Shown piece after piece: positions 1 through 8,957 of a stretch of 44,455 nucleotides of DNA (positions are counted from its first letter, which is position 1; the number at the start of each line of letters is the position of its first letter). The stretch comes from a virus. Taxonomy: Duplodnaviria > Caudoviricetes. The position numbers and the translations under genes were made by a program. The DNA lies in IMG/VR virus record IMGVR_UViG_3300046833_000111, positions 1 to 44,455 of that record. One strand, 5' to 3'. The notes beneath the pieces were generated by a model. It had not been told where the DNA came from, ran no database searches, and worked only from the letters and a program-made list of their open reading frames with translations.

Positions 1-96
1 TCAGGTGATGACGAACAGGAGAATGACGCCCGCGGCGACGGCCGCCCAGCAGACGCCGAGGATGACCCCGGCGGCTGCGAGGAGGGCGTGCTTCAC
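1..96 (-). CDS. 31-aa single-TM membrane peptide (possible lysis accessory)
   Basis: Manual translation MKHALLAAAGVILGVCWAAVAAGVILLFVIT*; GTGA overlap with the endolysin stop; below ORF-track cutoff. Confidence 0.65.
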   Translation of the reverse strand: MKHALLAAAGVILGVCWAAVAAGVILLFVIT

Positions 97-1262
97 GTGA
101 CGGGCTCGTGGAATGCTTCGTTCCACACGTCGATGCCGCCGTACCCGTCGACGGTGAGGCCCTGGGCCTTCTGGAACGCCCGGATGAGCGCCTCGAGCTC
201 GTCCCCGTACAGGCCGTCGTTACCGAACCGGGTCAGCCACGTCTTGCCCTTGCCGATGTTCCAGCCGCGTCGGCCGAGCTGGGTGACGAACTCCTTGATC
301 CACTGCCGGTCCGTCCGCCCGCTCGCGGTGCGGTCGTAGAACCCCGAGTGGGAGCGGTTCGAGTTCTCCTTGGGGCCGATGTAGTGACCCTTCGGCCAGG
401 GGAACTTGTGGCCCGGACCGGGCACGTTCCCCGACGGCTTGGGGGCGGGCTTCGGCTTGGATCCGCCGCCCTTGCTCTTGTCGCCCAGCTTGGGCCGCCG
501 GGCCTTCTCCCACGCCGCCATCGTGTCCTTGCCGACGAGTCCGTCGTCCTTCACCCCGAGCTGCCGCTGCAGGGCGCGGGTGTCCCGGTCCGTGTTCGGC
601 CCGAACTTCCCGTCCGCGGCCTTCCCGGTGTAGCCGAGGGCGTCCTCCTGCCAATCCGCGATGCGGGTGTGGCCGGTCTTCGGGTCCTTGTCGTACAGCC
701 CGAGCGGCGCGGTCGCGTTCACCGTCTTGTACGTCGAGCCACCACCGCCGGGGGCCGCTGCGCCGGAACCGCCCGACAGTCGACCCGCACGGATGTCGCC
801 CATGATGTACGGGCCGGGGCATCGGGTGGACGCACCGCTCATCTGCTGGTGGCCCCACACGCCCGCACCCACGCCCTTCTTGCGGAGGTACGTCCGGAGT
901 GCCTTGAACGCATCCCGAGCCGCCTGCGTCAGCTCCTCGTTGTCACCGACGATGAACAGCACGCCGACGGTCGTCGAGTTGTGGCCGGTCGCGTGCGCAC
1001 CGACACGGAGGCCGCGGCCCGTGTGGATCCTCCCTGACTGCCCGATCGCGTAGTTGTAGCCCAGGTCAGCCCAGCCGCGCCCGGTCACGTGGTAGTTGCG
1101 CCAGCCGCGCAGTCGGGATGCCTCCTGCGCCAGGGTGAGCACGCCGATGTCCCGGCCTGCCGCGGGGTAGTGGGCCACGATGCCCCGCGATCGGGACGTG
1201 TTCATCGGAGACCCGCCCGCGGGGGTGCTGGTCCAGACGTTACGAGAATGGATCGTCGCCAT
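93..1262 (-). CDS. Endolysin: Amidase_2/PGRP-like N-acetylmuramoyl-L-alanine amidase with two peptidoglycan-binding domains
   Basis: Motifs IVAHY, GWADLGYNY, GRG..VGAHA.GHN, GH...ST.CPG; PG-binding signatures DGKFGPNT..LQ...G..DGLVG and DG.YG....IRAFQ..GL.VDG.GG. Confidence 0.93.
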   Translation of the reverse strand: MATIHSRNVWTSTPAGGSPMNTSRSRGIVAHYPAAGRDIGVLTLAQEASRLRGWRNYHVTGRGWADLGYNYAIGQSGRIHTGRGLRVGAHATGHNSTTVGVLFIVGDNEELTQAARDAFKALRTYLRKKGVGAGVWGHQQMSGASTRCPGPYIMGDIRAGRLSGGSGAAAPGGGGSTYKTVNATAPLGLYDKDPKTGHTRIADWQEDALGYTGKAADGKFGPNTDRDTRALQRQLGVKDDGLVGKDTMAAWEKARRPKLGDKSKGGGSKPKPAPKPSGNVPGPGHKFPWPKGHYIGPKENSNRSHSGFYDRTASGRTDRQWIKEFVTQLGRRGWNIGKGKTWLTRFGNDGLYGDELEALIRAFQKAQGLTVDGYGGIDVWNEAFHEPVT

Positions 1263-1264
1263 GG

Positions 1265-1447
1265 TCAGGCCTCCTCGTCCTCGGGGACGGCCGCTTCCAC
1301 GTCGTCGTCCTCGTACTCGTCGTCGTTGTAGATGTCCTGCGGGTAGTCCCCGTCCGGGTGCTCCCCGTCGATGTCGGTCTCGGTGTCGTCCGGGATCTCG
1401 ATGTACTCGTCGCCGTCAGGGACGGCTCCGTGCGGGTTCGCGCTCAT
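1265..1447 (-). CDS. Highly acidic 60-aa protein directly upstream of the endolysin
   Basis: GGAGGAG RBS; 25 of 60 residues are D/E, no K/R. Confidence 0.75.
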   Translation of the reverse strand: MSANPHGAVPDGDEYIEIPDDTETDIDGEHPDGDYPQDIYNDDEYEDDDVEAAVPEDEEA

Positions 1448-1457
1448 GTGCTCCTCC

Positions 1458-1492
1458 TGAATGCGAGTGGCCCCGCCCTGGTGGGCGAGGCC
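1458..1492 (-). terminator. GC-rich hairpin followed by CGCATTCA (terminator/attenuator-like)
   Basis: Minus strand GGCCTCGCCC-ACCA-GGGCGGGGCC, fully paired with one G-U, in the intergenic gap. Confidence 0.55.
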
Positions 1493-1507
1493 TGTGGTTG
1501 TGGTCGG

Positions 1508-1801
1508 TCAGTTGTCGATCTCGGGGGGTGGAGTCGGAGGGAACCGGTCCTTCTCCGCGTCCGGGGTCTGCATGTAGGCGTGCCACAGCATCGGGTAGTG
1601 GTAGCGGAACCACTGCACGAGCCGCCACGCCTTCGCCGCCTCCCGCTCCTTCCGCTCGTAGTCGTCGCGCAGCCTCGACAGGGCGGTGTCCTCGTCGAGG
1701 ACCCGTTCCTTCCGCCGGTGCTTGAAGTAGTCGATGACGACGTAGACGACACCCGCACCACCACCGCCACCGAGGAGGATCTTGAGGAGCTCAGAGTCCA
1801 T
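1508..1801 (-). CDS. Membrane protein (N-terminal hydrophobic segment plus short coiled coil), lysis-cassette associated
   Basis: ILLGGGGGAGVVYVVI followed by a charged helix; position between tail genes and endolysin. Confidence 0.75.
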   Translation of the reverse strand: MDSELLKILLGGGGGAGVVYVVIDYFKHRRKERVLDEDTALSRLRDDYERKEREAAKAWRLVQWFRYHYPMLWHAYMQTPDAEKDRFPPTPPPEIDN

Positions 1802-2237
1802 CCGTGCGCTCCTTACTGATGTCAGCGGCGAGGCTCACGACCTCGACCCGGTCCCGAATGCCGGGGATGAGCGACCCAGCGAGGAGCGTGAAGGCTGCGT
1901 ACGCGGCGGTACCTCCTCCCCGCGTCCACGTGATCGGCTCCTCGAACATGAGCGCGCTCTGGTTGATGGTCAGCACGATGCCGGCGATGACGACCAGGCT
2001 GACCCCGAGCTGCTCGAGGTGTGGCGTCTTCGCGAGGATGCCGCGCAGGGCGAGCGCGCCGCCGATGAAGAACACTGCGCCCCACGCGATCGCGGGGATG
2101 GAGGAGTTGAAGAAGTCGCTGCTGGACATGGGTGGGGCGAGGATGAAGAAGCCGCCGGCGGTCATGAACACGACGAACGCGGCGGCTCGCAACCATCGTT
2201 CGATGCGGCGTCGCCGGGCTGCCTTGCGGGGCATCAT
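1791..2237 (-). CDS. Four-TM membrane protein, holin candidate
   Basis: Basic N-terminus and four hydrophobic segments; ATGA overlap with upstream stop at 2234-2237. Confidence 0.7.
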   Translation of the reverse strand: MMPRKAARRRRIERWLRAAAFVVFMTAGGFFILAPPMSSSDFFNSSIPAIAWGAVFFIGGALALRGILAKTPHLEQLGVSLVVIAGIVLTINQSALMFEEPITWTRGGGTAAYAAFTLLAGSLIPGIRDRVEVVSLAADISKERTDGL

Positions 2238-2689
2238 GAGGCCTTCTCCCATCCCTGCGGGTACGCGGTCGGCGACCACGAGTTGTTGTCGATGAGCGAC
2301 CGGTACACGTCACCCTCGAAGCGCACCATGTCGCCGGTCATGTAGAGGTCGTCGCCGGCGTGCTTCTGCACCCACTCCGGGATCTCGCCCTCCTCGACCT
2401 TCTGTGTCCATCCGGCGACGCCGGGCTCCCACGCGTTGCCGTCGTGGTCGGAGATCCAGTCGTGGCCGTCGTGGGTGGCCTCCCATCCCTTCGGGTAGGA
2501 GTCATGCGCGCCGGACGGCTGCCGCCACGGATCCCCCGGCCTGAGGCCCTGCGCGTCGAGGTAGCGCCGGTTGAGGTCCGCCATCTGTGTCTCCGCCTGG
2601 GCCAGCGTGCGGCGCCGGTCTTGCTCCGCCCGGATCGCGGCCGCGTACTTCGCGAGCTCCTCGTCGGTCGCGTCGGTTATAGCTCCCAT
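2234..2689 (-). CDS. Tail-associated protein with two CBM5/12-like carbohydrate-binding repeats
   Basis: WRQP.GAHD.Y..G...H.G..W.S....N.WEPG..GW and WVQ....Y..GD.V.F.G..YRS..DNN.WSP..YP.GW; GAGGAG RBS before 2689. Confidence 0.75.
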   Translation of the reverse strand: MGAITDATDEELAKYAAAIRAEQDRRRTLAQAETQMADLNRRYLDAQGLRPGDPWRQPSGAHDSYPKGWEATHDGHDWISDHDGNAWEPGVAGWTQKVEEGEIPEWVQKHAGDDLYMTGDMVRFEGDVYRSLIDNNSWSPTAYPQGWEKAS

Positions 2690-2844
2690 GTCGGCATCTC
2701 CTCGGGCAGTGCGGGTGGGGTGGCGGTCAGGTCGGTGATCGGCTGCCCACACGGGCCGCAGACCACGTCACCCGGATCAGCAGGGATCGGGATCGGCGTC
2801 TCCGCGTTCTCACAGGCAGGGGTGTGGCAGGTCGCGTGCATCAT
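2677..2844 (-). CDS. Small Cys-rich (CxxxxC...CxxC) tail-region protein
   Basis: MMHATCHTPACENA...VVCGPCGQPI; ATGA overlap with the tail fibre stop. Confidence 0.7.
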   Translation of the reverse strand: MMHATCHTPACENAETPIPIPADPGDVVCGPCGQPITDLTATPPALPEEMPTWEL

Positions 2845-5800
2845 TCCCTCTCGATCGCCGCCCAGTAGACAGTGCCGGAACCGGCGTTGCGGGTCTCGTG
2901 CGGATTCCACACGCGCAGCTGAAAGCTGTCCTTCGTGATCGTGCCGGACGCGGGGACCGGGCTCACGAGCCCGTTCGTGTGGGACAGCATGATGACCGGT
3001 GGGGTGGTGAACCTGCCCGCGGGGAACGTGACGGTGACGTCATGGCTGTTGAGGTTGCCGGCGGTGATGGTCGGGTGCGACACCTCACCGGTGATGACCG
3101 TCCCCGCGCCCCGCACAGACCCGTCCGCGAGGAACGAGTACGGCCCCCACTCGCCTGCACCCGTCCCGTCGACCCGGTATGTGCCGATCGAGGACCGGAT
3201 CTCACCTGGGCTGTCGTTGGGGAACGAGTTCTGCTCAGGAGGGTTCGCGTAGGTTTCCCACCAGCGCGGAAGGTACCGACCTCTGGAAGTTCTGGCGGAA
3301 GCAGGCGACGACATCACCGCGTGCAGATCCGTGCGGGTGGGCACACTGCTCTTCTTCGCGAAGCAGAAAGATGCCTCCGCGACCCCATCCGGGACGTCCC
3401 CCAGGGTCCACAGCAGTGCCGATCGGTGGAGGTATCGAAACCTCGTCACCGGCCCCACAGGAGTCCCCAGGGTCCCCGTCCGCCAGCGCATAGCGCCCCA
3501 CCAGTCGTCCCCGTTGTCACCCACGAAACGATCCGCAGTTCCCGACTCGTACGAGACGAGGTTGCCCTGCCCATCGAGAGAGTGGAACCGGGCCCCGTCC
3601 CATGCGAGCCCCACCGGCTCACGCATGTCCGCTGCGTACCAGGAGCGGGCGACATCATCAGGCGCGGTGACCGCCTCGTCGTAGCAGACGAACGGCATCA
3701 GATCAGTGCGCTGCTGCGCGATGATCTTCTTCCGCCCGTCCCCGTAGTCGAACTCCCCGAACAGGATCTGGGTGACGTCCGACTTCATCACGAAGTTGGT
3801 GTCGTACTGCTGGACGAGTGCACCCGTCGTCGGGTTGTACGACCGGTACGTGTGGAGGCCGGTGACCCACGACTGCGCGATCACGATGCGGGAGCCGTCG
3901 TTGCCGATGCCCGGCTGGTAGGTGCCCGTCCCATACGAGGGGTACTCCCACCGGCGCTTCTCCACCCCAGCGAGGCTGTAGACGACGACCATGCGAGGTC
4001 TCGTCGGAGTCGACCCGTCGCCGGACTTCGACAGCCCCGCAGCGAGCACGTACAGCTCCCCGTTCAGGATGGTGATGCCGTTGACGCGCACACGGAACGA
4101 CGTGTCCCACCCACCAGCCAGCTGCCCGGTGGGGGTGATCTTCTCGATGCGGACACGGCCACCCTCCGACAGTGGGGTTGAGGTGGTGACGCACCGCCAG
4201 AAATGCCCATCCGCCCATGCCAGCCCAGCAGGCGACTCGCCCTCCGCCAGCGGCGGGAACGCGGTGCGGTCCCAGACGTTCGTGATCTGCGGGGCCGCCG
4301 TCGGTGGCACCACACCCGACTCGAGCTCGAGGACACCACCGGATGCGATCGCGCCGGGTCCCTGGATCGCCATACGCCCGGTCGCCGTCAGGGTGCGGGC
4401 GGACAGGTCGCCCCGGAACTGCGCCTCGCTGCCGTCAGACGGCAGGCTCACGTTCAGGGCACCGTCCGGCCCGAACTGGCGGATCCCGAAATCCTCCGTG
4501 ATCTCCACGGTGTCACCCGCACGGAACGACGAGGAACGGATGTCGAGGCCCCGCGCACTCTTGAAGTCGAGCGCGTCGACGGCGAGGATGTCGCCCGTTG
4601 CCGCCCCGAACGCCAACTGCTCCGTGTCGACGGTGCCCGCGGCGATCCGGGCGCCGTGCATGAACCCGACCGTGATCACACCCGCGTCGATCGACTGGAT
4701 GATGCCCGACTCGGCGGTGACCGCCCCCGCGAGGATGTGCGGCGTGTTGATCGAGTTCGGCTCGATGAGAGTGCCACCGACCATCGGCAGCATGACAGGG
4801 GCCGAGAACTCGACGCGGCGACCGTTCAGTGCGCCGTTAGCGCGCAACCCGAACGCGAGCCGATTCCAGGTGCCCGTACTTGGCACCAGTACCTCTCCCT
4901 CGACTTTCGCCCACGTGTTCGCTGGGACAACAGCGCGGTTCGTAGCCGTCGCCGGGTTTGCCCACCCCAGGGTTGCGGACCCCAGCTCACGCAGCCGGAA
5001 TCCCATGCCCGCATTGCCGACAGGAATGTCCACGTCTGCTCGCACCCACACGGACACCGAATACCGCTTGCCCACCTCGACCGCTGCGAGGTCGGGAGCG
5101 AACGACCCTGCGACTGACTGCACCAGTCCGCCCAGGTAAGGAAACACGGCGCCATTCGGATCAGAGTGCTGAATCGACAAGACTGGTTCACCCGTAGGCC
5201 CACCCGACGCAGAGATCTGCGGGTTGTAAGACGAGAGGTTCCACCCCGCGCCGCCGCCGATGAACCCGGGGTTCGTCAGCAAGTTCCCAGCACCACCGAC
5301 GAGGATCTTGTCGGCCTGGATCGCGCCGGCGCGGATGAGCTTCGCGACGTCGAGATACCCCGTCCCGATCTTCCCCGCGTCGATGTTGTCGAACAGAGCG
5401 TCGTTGAGCTGGCGCCTCTCCCAGTTCGACCCGAACGCCGTATCGCTGCCCGCGGTCTGCTGCCACTGCCCGACCACGTTCCTCGTGGTCGGGTCGATCT
5501 TGAACCAGATCGTGCCCCGCGGCGCAGTACCAGACGGGTCGGACGTGGACCACAGGTTCTTCGCGTTGTGCGTCGCCGCCTGCATCGCCGCCTCAGCCGC
5601 CTCTGACGCCGACCCCGCCGCGCTATGAGCCGCGTCTGCTCGCTGCCGTGCGTCATCCGCCGCGGCCTGAGCGGCATCGGCCGCGTTCTGCGCGGTCTGG
5701 GCCTTCGCCTCCGCCGCCGCCTGCGCAGCATCCGCCTTCGTCTTCGCATCCAGTGCGGCCGCCGCCGTCGCTGCAGCCTGAGCCGCGGCCGCCTTCGCCG

Positions 5801-6773
5801 TCGCGTCATCCGACGCTGCCGCGATCGCCGCCAACCGCTCAGACTCAGCAACTGCCTCCGCATGAGCTTCCGCGGCCTGCTGTGCCGCCGCCGCCTTCGA
5901 CTCCGCCTCAGCGCGGGCCGTGTTCGCTGTCGACTGGGCAGTCCCAGCCGCCGCGGCCGCGTCATCCGCTGTCGACTGGGCTCCCGCCGCCGCCTGCTGC
6001 ACATCGGACAGCTCCTGCGTCACCACCGACTCGAACTCGCGCTGCGCGTCCTGGATCGCCTGCGTGCGCTGATCACCGATCGACACCCACTCCTGGGCAT
6101 CCTCATCCCACCGGTGCGCCTCATACGAGGTGAGACCCGTCTCCGGGTCGACGCTCGTGTCGAACCACAGATCATCCGGCCCATGATCCAGTCCCGGCGG
6201 CGGAGTGGGCGTGTAGTGGTTCGATCCGCCGCGAGCGTTCTCCACCACCGCGTCCAGAGCACCCTCAATGTCGACCAGCGTCACGTCGACCTCGACCACA
6301 TCGGACATCTCCGAGCGGGCGCGTGACTGCGACATCGCCACCAACCCCACCCGGTACGTGCCGGTCTGCGTCGCGGCCAGCACGGTCTCGTTCCCCGCCG
6401 AGGTCGCGAGGTTCCCCCGCACCGCCGAAGCATCCTCGAGATCCTCGGAGGCGAGCGCGAAGTGCACGTCGATGCGGGCGAAGTCTTCGGGGATGTGGCC
6501 GCCCATGAGGATGCCGTCCCAGCGGACGCGGACGACCGGGCCGTCCACGCTCACGACCGGGGCGGTCGGGCGCGGGGGTGGGGGCCCTTGGACGTAGACG
6601 ATGGCGTGGGTGCCGTCGTCCTGCGCGCCGATCCGCAGCCGCTCCGTGCCGTCGCCGTCGTAGACGGGGATCGCTGTGTTCTCGAGCGAGGAGTGGTTCA
6701 GCTGGGAGCGGCCGGCGAGCTGCCGCTTCACCTCAGCCAGGTCGCGGACGATCGGGTCGAGAGGGTTCGCCAT
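2841..6773 (-). CDS. Large minor tail/tail fibre protein (probable receptor-binding protein)
   Basis: 1310 aa: N-terminal beta domain, Ala-rich coiled coil, I.AG.I.A..I repeats, CBM-like NLLTNPGF domain, GLAW repeats (propeller-like), C-terminal VTFP.GRF..PP...VYWAAI domain. Confidence 0.85.
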   Translation of the reverse strand: MANPLDPIVRDLAEVKRQLAGRSQLNHSSLENTAIPVYDGDGTERLRIGAQDDGTHAIVYVQGPPPPRPTAPVVSVDGPVVRVRWDGILMGGHIPEDFARIDVHFALASEDLEDASAVRGNLATSAGNETVLAATQTGTYRVGLVAMSQSRARSEMSDVVEVDVTLVDIEGALDAVVENARGGSNHYTPTPPPGLDHGPDDLWFDTSVDPETGLTSYEAHRWDEDAQEWVSIGDQRTQAIQDAQREFESVVTQELSDVQQAAAGAQSTADDAAAAAGTAQSTANTARAEAESKAAAAQQAAEAHAEAVAESERLAAIAAASDDATAKAAAAQAAATAAAALDAKTKADAAQAAAEAKAQTAQNAADAAQAAADDARQRADAAHSAAGSASEAAEAAMQAATHNAKNLWSTSDPSGTAPRGTIWFKIDPTTRNVVGQWQQTAGSDTAFGSNWERRQLNDALFDNIDAGKIGTGYLDVAKLIRAGAIQADKILVGGAGNLLTNPGFIGGGAGWNLSSYNPQISASGGPTGEPVLSIQHSDPNGAVFPYLGGLVQSVAGSFAPDLAAVEVGKRYSVSVWVRADVDIPVGNAGMGFRLRELGSATLGWANPATATNRAVVPANTWAKVEGEVLVPSTGTWNRLAFGLRANGALNGRRVEFSAPVMLPMVGGTLIEPNSINTPHILAGAVTAESGIIQSIDAGVITVGFMHGARIAAGTVDTEQLAFGAATGDILAVDALDFKSARGLDIRSSSFRAGDTVEITEDFGIRQFGPDGALNVSLPSDGSEAQFRGDLSARTLTATGRMAIQGPGAIASGGVLELESGVVPPTAAPQITNVWDRTAFPPLAEGESPAGLAWADGHFWRCVTTSTPLSEGGRVRIEKITPTGQLAGGWDTSFRVRVNGITILNGELYVLAAGLSKSGDGSTPTRPRMVVVYSLAGVEKRRWEYPSYGTGTYQPGIGNDGSRIVIAQSWVTGLHTYRSYNPTTGALVQQYDTNFVMKSDVTQILFGEFDYGDGRKKIIAQQRTDLMPFVCYDEAVTAPDDVARSWYAADMREPVGLAWDGARFHSLDGQGNLVSYESGTADRFVGDNGDDWWGAMRWRTGTLGTPVGPVTRFRYLHRSALLWTLGDVPDGVAEASFCFAKKSSVPTRTDLHAVMSSPASARTSRGRYLPRWWETYANPPEQNSFPNDSPGEIRSSIGTYRVDGTGAGEWGPYSFLADGSVRGAGTVITGEVSHPTITAGNLNSHDVTVTFPAGRFTTPPVIMLSHTNGLVSPVPASGTITKDSFQLRVWNPHETRNAGSGTVYWAAIERE

Positions 6774-6775
6774 CG

Positions 6776-7882
6776 TCAGTTCACCTTCTCTGCTCGTCGT
6801 ACCTGCAGCGTCGTCACATCAGTCCCGGGTGTGATCTGGATGCCGAGGATCTTCACCCACAGGTCCCGCTCATCCGTCCACCCGCCCGCCGTCGTCAGGG
6901 CGATCTCGTCGCCCACCTGGTAGGAGCCCAGCACGGCGTTCGGGTGCTGGATGACCTGCAGGTCCGTGACGTCCGGCGTGCCGGTGCGAGCCTTGAGCTC
7001 CGCCTGGGCGCGGGCCTTCGCCTGCGCGGGGGTCGTGATCGTCTTGTCGGAGACGACCACATCGCGGCCGAGGCGACCCGTCGTGACGGACTGCTCGTCG
7101 CGCATCATCGACCGGCCCTCGCCCGCCCCCAGGACGATGACGTGGGAGGCGTACTCCTCACCCGGCATCTCGATCTTGGGGATCTCGAGGACGTTCTCAC
7201 CGACAACGAACCGCAAATCCGTGCGGCGGGCCCCGAGTGTCGGGTAGCCGTAGCGGAGGCGGTGACGGATCCGGTCGCCATCCCACGCATGCTCCATCCG
7301 GTACTCGAACGGGGCGAGCTCCGCGAGGTGATCGAACTCCTTCGCGAGGTCGTGGGTGGACCAGTAGTTCAGCTCGTAGGGGTCGACCTTCTGCGGGGTC
7401 GCGGACGGTGGGACGTCGTCGTCACCGATGAACATCTCCCGCGACGAGGACGCACCCACGAACTCGACTCCGAGGTCGAAGCTCTTGCGGGCCTGCGTGT
7501 GCTCCCACAGATGCCGGGACACCTTGAGGGGGTCCCCACGCTCGATCGACCGGATGCCCGTGTAGCGAGTCCCGCCGAGGTAGCCCGGAAACCCCACACA
7601 ATCCAGGGACAGCTTGGGGCCCTCCTCGACCGGGTCCGTGAGGATGCCACCACCACGGATGACACCAGACGCCTCCGCGTAGATCGCCGTCGACCACGGC
7701 ACGAACACCGGCGCCCCATCGACGCGCAGGTGGGCGTGCTCGTGCGGAATCGACGCGGTCAGCCCGCCGGGCCCGTTGAGGACCTGATGCACCTCCGGCT
7801 CATCCAGCGGCAGGTCGAAGTCGATGAAGTCTTCACCGCCGGTCCCGTCGAGGCGGGAAGCGATGAACCGCCACTCGGTCAT
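6776..7882 (-). CDS. Minor tail protein (baseplate hub-like)
   Basis: Position after Dit; LNGPG.L motif, GAGEG motif and GSY.VGD C-terminus typical of actinophage hub proteins. Confidence 0.8.
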   Translation of the reverse strand: MTEWRFIASRLDGTGGEDFIDFDLPLDEPEVHQVLNGPGGLTASIPHEHAHLRVDGAPVFVPWSTAIYAEASGVIRGGGILTDPVEEGPKLSLDCVGFPGYLGGTRYTGIRSIERGDPLKVSRHLWEHTQARKSFDLGVEFVGASSSREMFIGDDDVPPSATPQKVDPYELNYWSTHDLAKEFDHLAELAPFEYRMEHAWDGDRIRHRLRYGYPTLGARRTDLRFVVGENVLEIPKIEMPGEEYASHVIVLGAGEGRSMMRDEQSVTTGRLGRDVVVSDKTITTPAQAKARAQAELKARTGTPDVTDLQVIQHPNAVLGSYQVGDEIALTTAGGWTDERDLWVKILGIQITPGTDVTTLQVRRAEKVN

Positions 7883-8946
7883 CAGAACGCCTCATCACCG
7901 CGGATCGCGGTCTGCGCGAACGTCAACCGCATCCCCAGCCCGCCAAGCTGATCCATCGACACGCCCAGATCCGACCCTGCGGACAGGGATGCCTTGAACG
8001 CGAACGTGACCGTCTTACCGCGCAGCTTCGCCGGCATCACCAGGCCGTCCATGAGAGGCCAGTTGTCGCGCGACGCGTCTCCCGAGTCCGGGGAGTTGAA
8101 CGCGAAGATCTGCGTCCCGAACTCCCACTGCCGGTTCCCCGGCCACGTCCGGTCCCGGTACTCGTCGCCGAACTCCACCCAGTAGTTGCCGTACACGCTG
8201 CGACCCGCCTGATAGCGGACACCCATCCACTGCGCGTCGATCATTACCCGGTTGCACCATGACGGGACCGGCACCCGGAACTGATTCGGACTGCCGTCGC
8301 CGCCGGGGAAGTACTCGCCACCGGCCGCGTGCCTGACGGTCAGCGTCGACCCCGCAGAAGAGTCAGCGAGGACTCGCGGACGCCCGAACACGTGCTCCTC
8401 GCGGCGCGGGTTCGCGACCTCCCGAATGTCCGTCAGCATCTTGTTCGTGATCGTCGAGGTGGAAGCCGGCTGCTCCAGCCGGACCAGCGGCACATGCGGG
8501 AACGCCGGAGGCGACGTGTACGGGTTGTTGGGCAGCCATACGTACCGGTTGTACGGACCGTTGACCACATCCGCCGGAGCCTGCCCCGCGTACTGGGGGT
8601 CATCGACCCGCCACACCAGGAAGTTGATGCGCGTGCCCGAGCTGCCGGTGGTCGTGACGGGGACGTCCGTCGACGACATCTCCCACCCGGAGTACGACTG
8701 CGCGCCACCACCCGGGTAGTCGTTCGGGGACTTGCAGGAGCCCGTGTGCACACGCACCGCGTTCCCCGGCACCGGCAGCTCCGTCACCACCATGTCAGTC
8801 GGGTTCGTGACGCCTCGCGCCCCACCCGTCGCGTCATACAGGGCACGCCTGGCACCCTCGACCGTGTTGTGCGCGCCGATCGGGACGCCGTTCTCGTCCG
8901 TCTCTCCGGATCCGCCGATCGCCCACGGAACTCCCTGCAATGCCAT
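7882..8946 (-). CDS. Minor tail protein
   Basis: VPWAIGG N-terminus, RVDDPQY and ITN.ML.D.R motifs; TGATG coupling to the next gene. Confidence 0.8.
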   Translation of the reverse strand: MALQGVPWAIGGSGETDENGVPIGAHNTVEGARRALYDATGGARGVTNPTDMVVTELPVPGNAVRVHTGSCKSPNDYPGGGAQSYSGWEMSSTDVPVTTTGSSGTRINFLVWRVDDPQYAGQAPADVVNGPYNRYVWLPNNPYTSPPAFPHVPLVRLEQPASTSTITNKMLTDIREVANPRREEHVFGRPRVLADSSAGSTLTVRHAAGGEYFPGGDGSPNQFRVPVPSWCNRVMIDAQWMGVRYQAGRSVYGNYWVEFGDEYRDRTWPGNRQWEFGTQIFAFNSPDSGDASRDNWPLMDGLVMPAKLRGKTVTFAFKASLSAGSDLGVSMDQLGGLGMRLTFAQTAIRGDEAF

Positions 8947-8957
8947 GACGTCTCTCC

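Noticed and set aside
5570-6010. GCC/GCG-rich repetitive tract resembling an array
   Set aside because: It encodes the Ala-rich coiled coil of the tail fibre. There is no constant repeat-spacer structure and no cas gene, so it is not CRISPR.
2841-6773. Diversity-generating retroelement or invertible tail-fibre cassette
   Set aside because: No reverse transcriptase or invertase in the window, and no duplicated template/variable repeat noticed by eye. A self dot-plot would be the decisive check.
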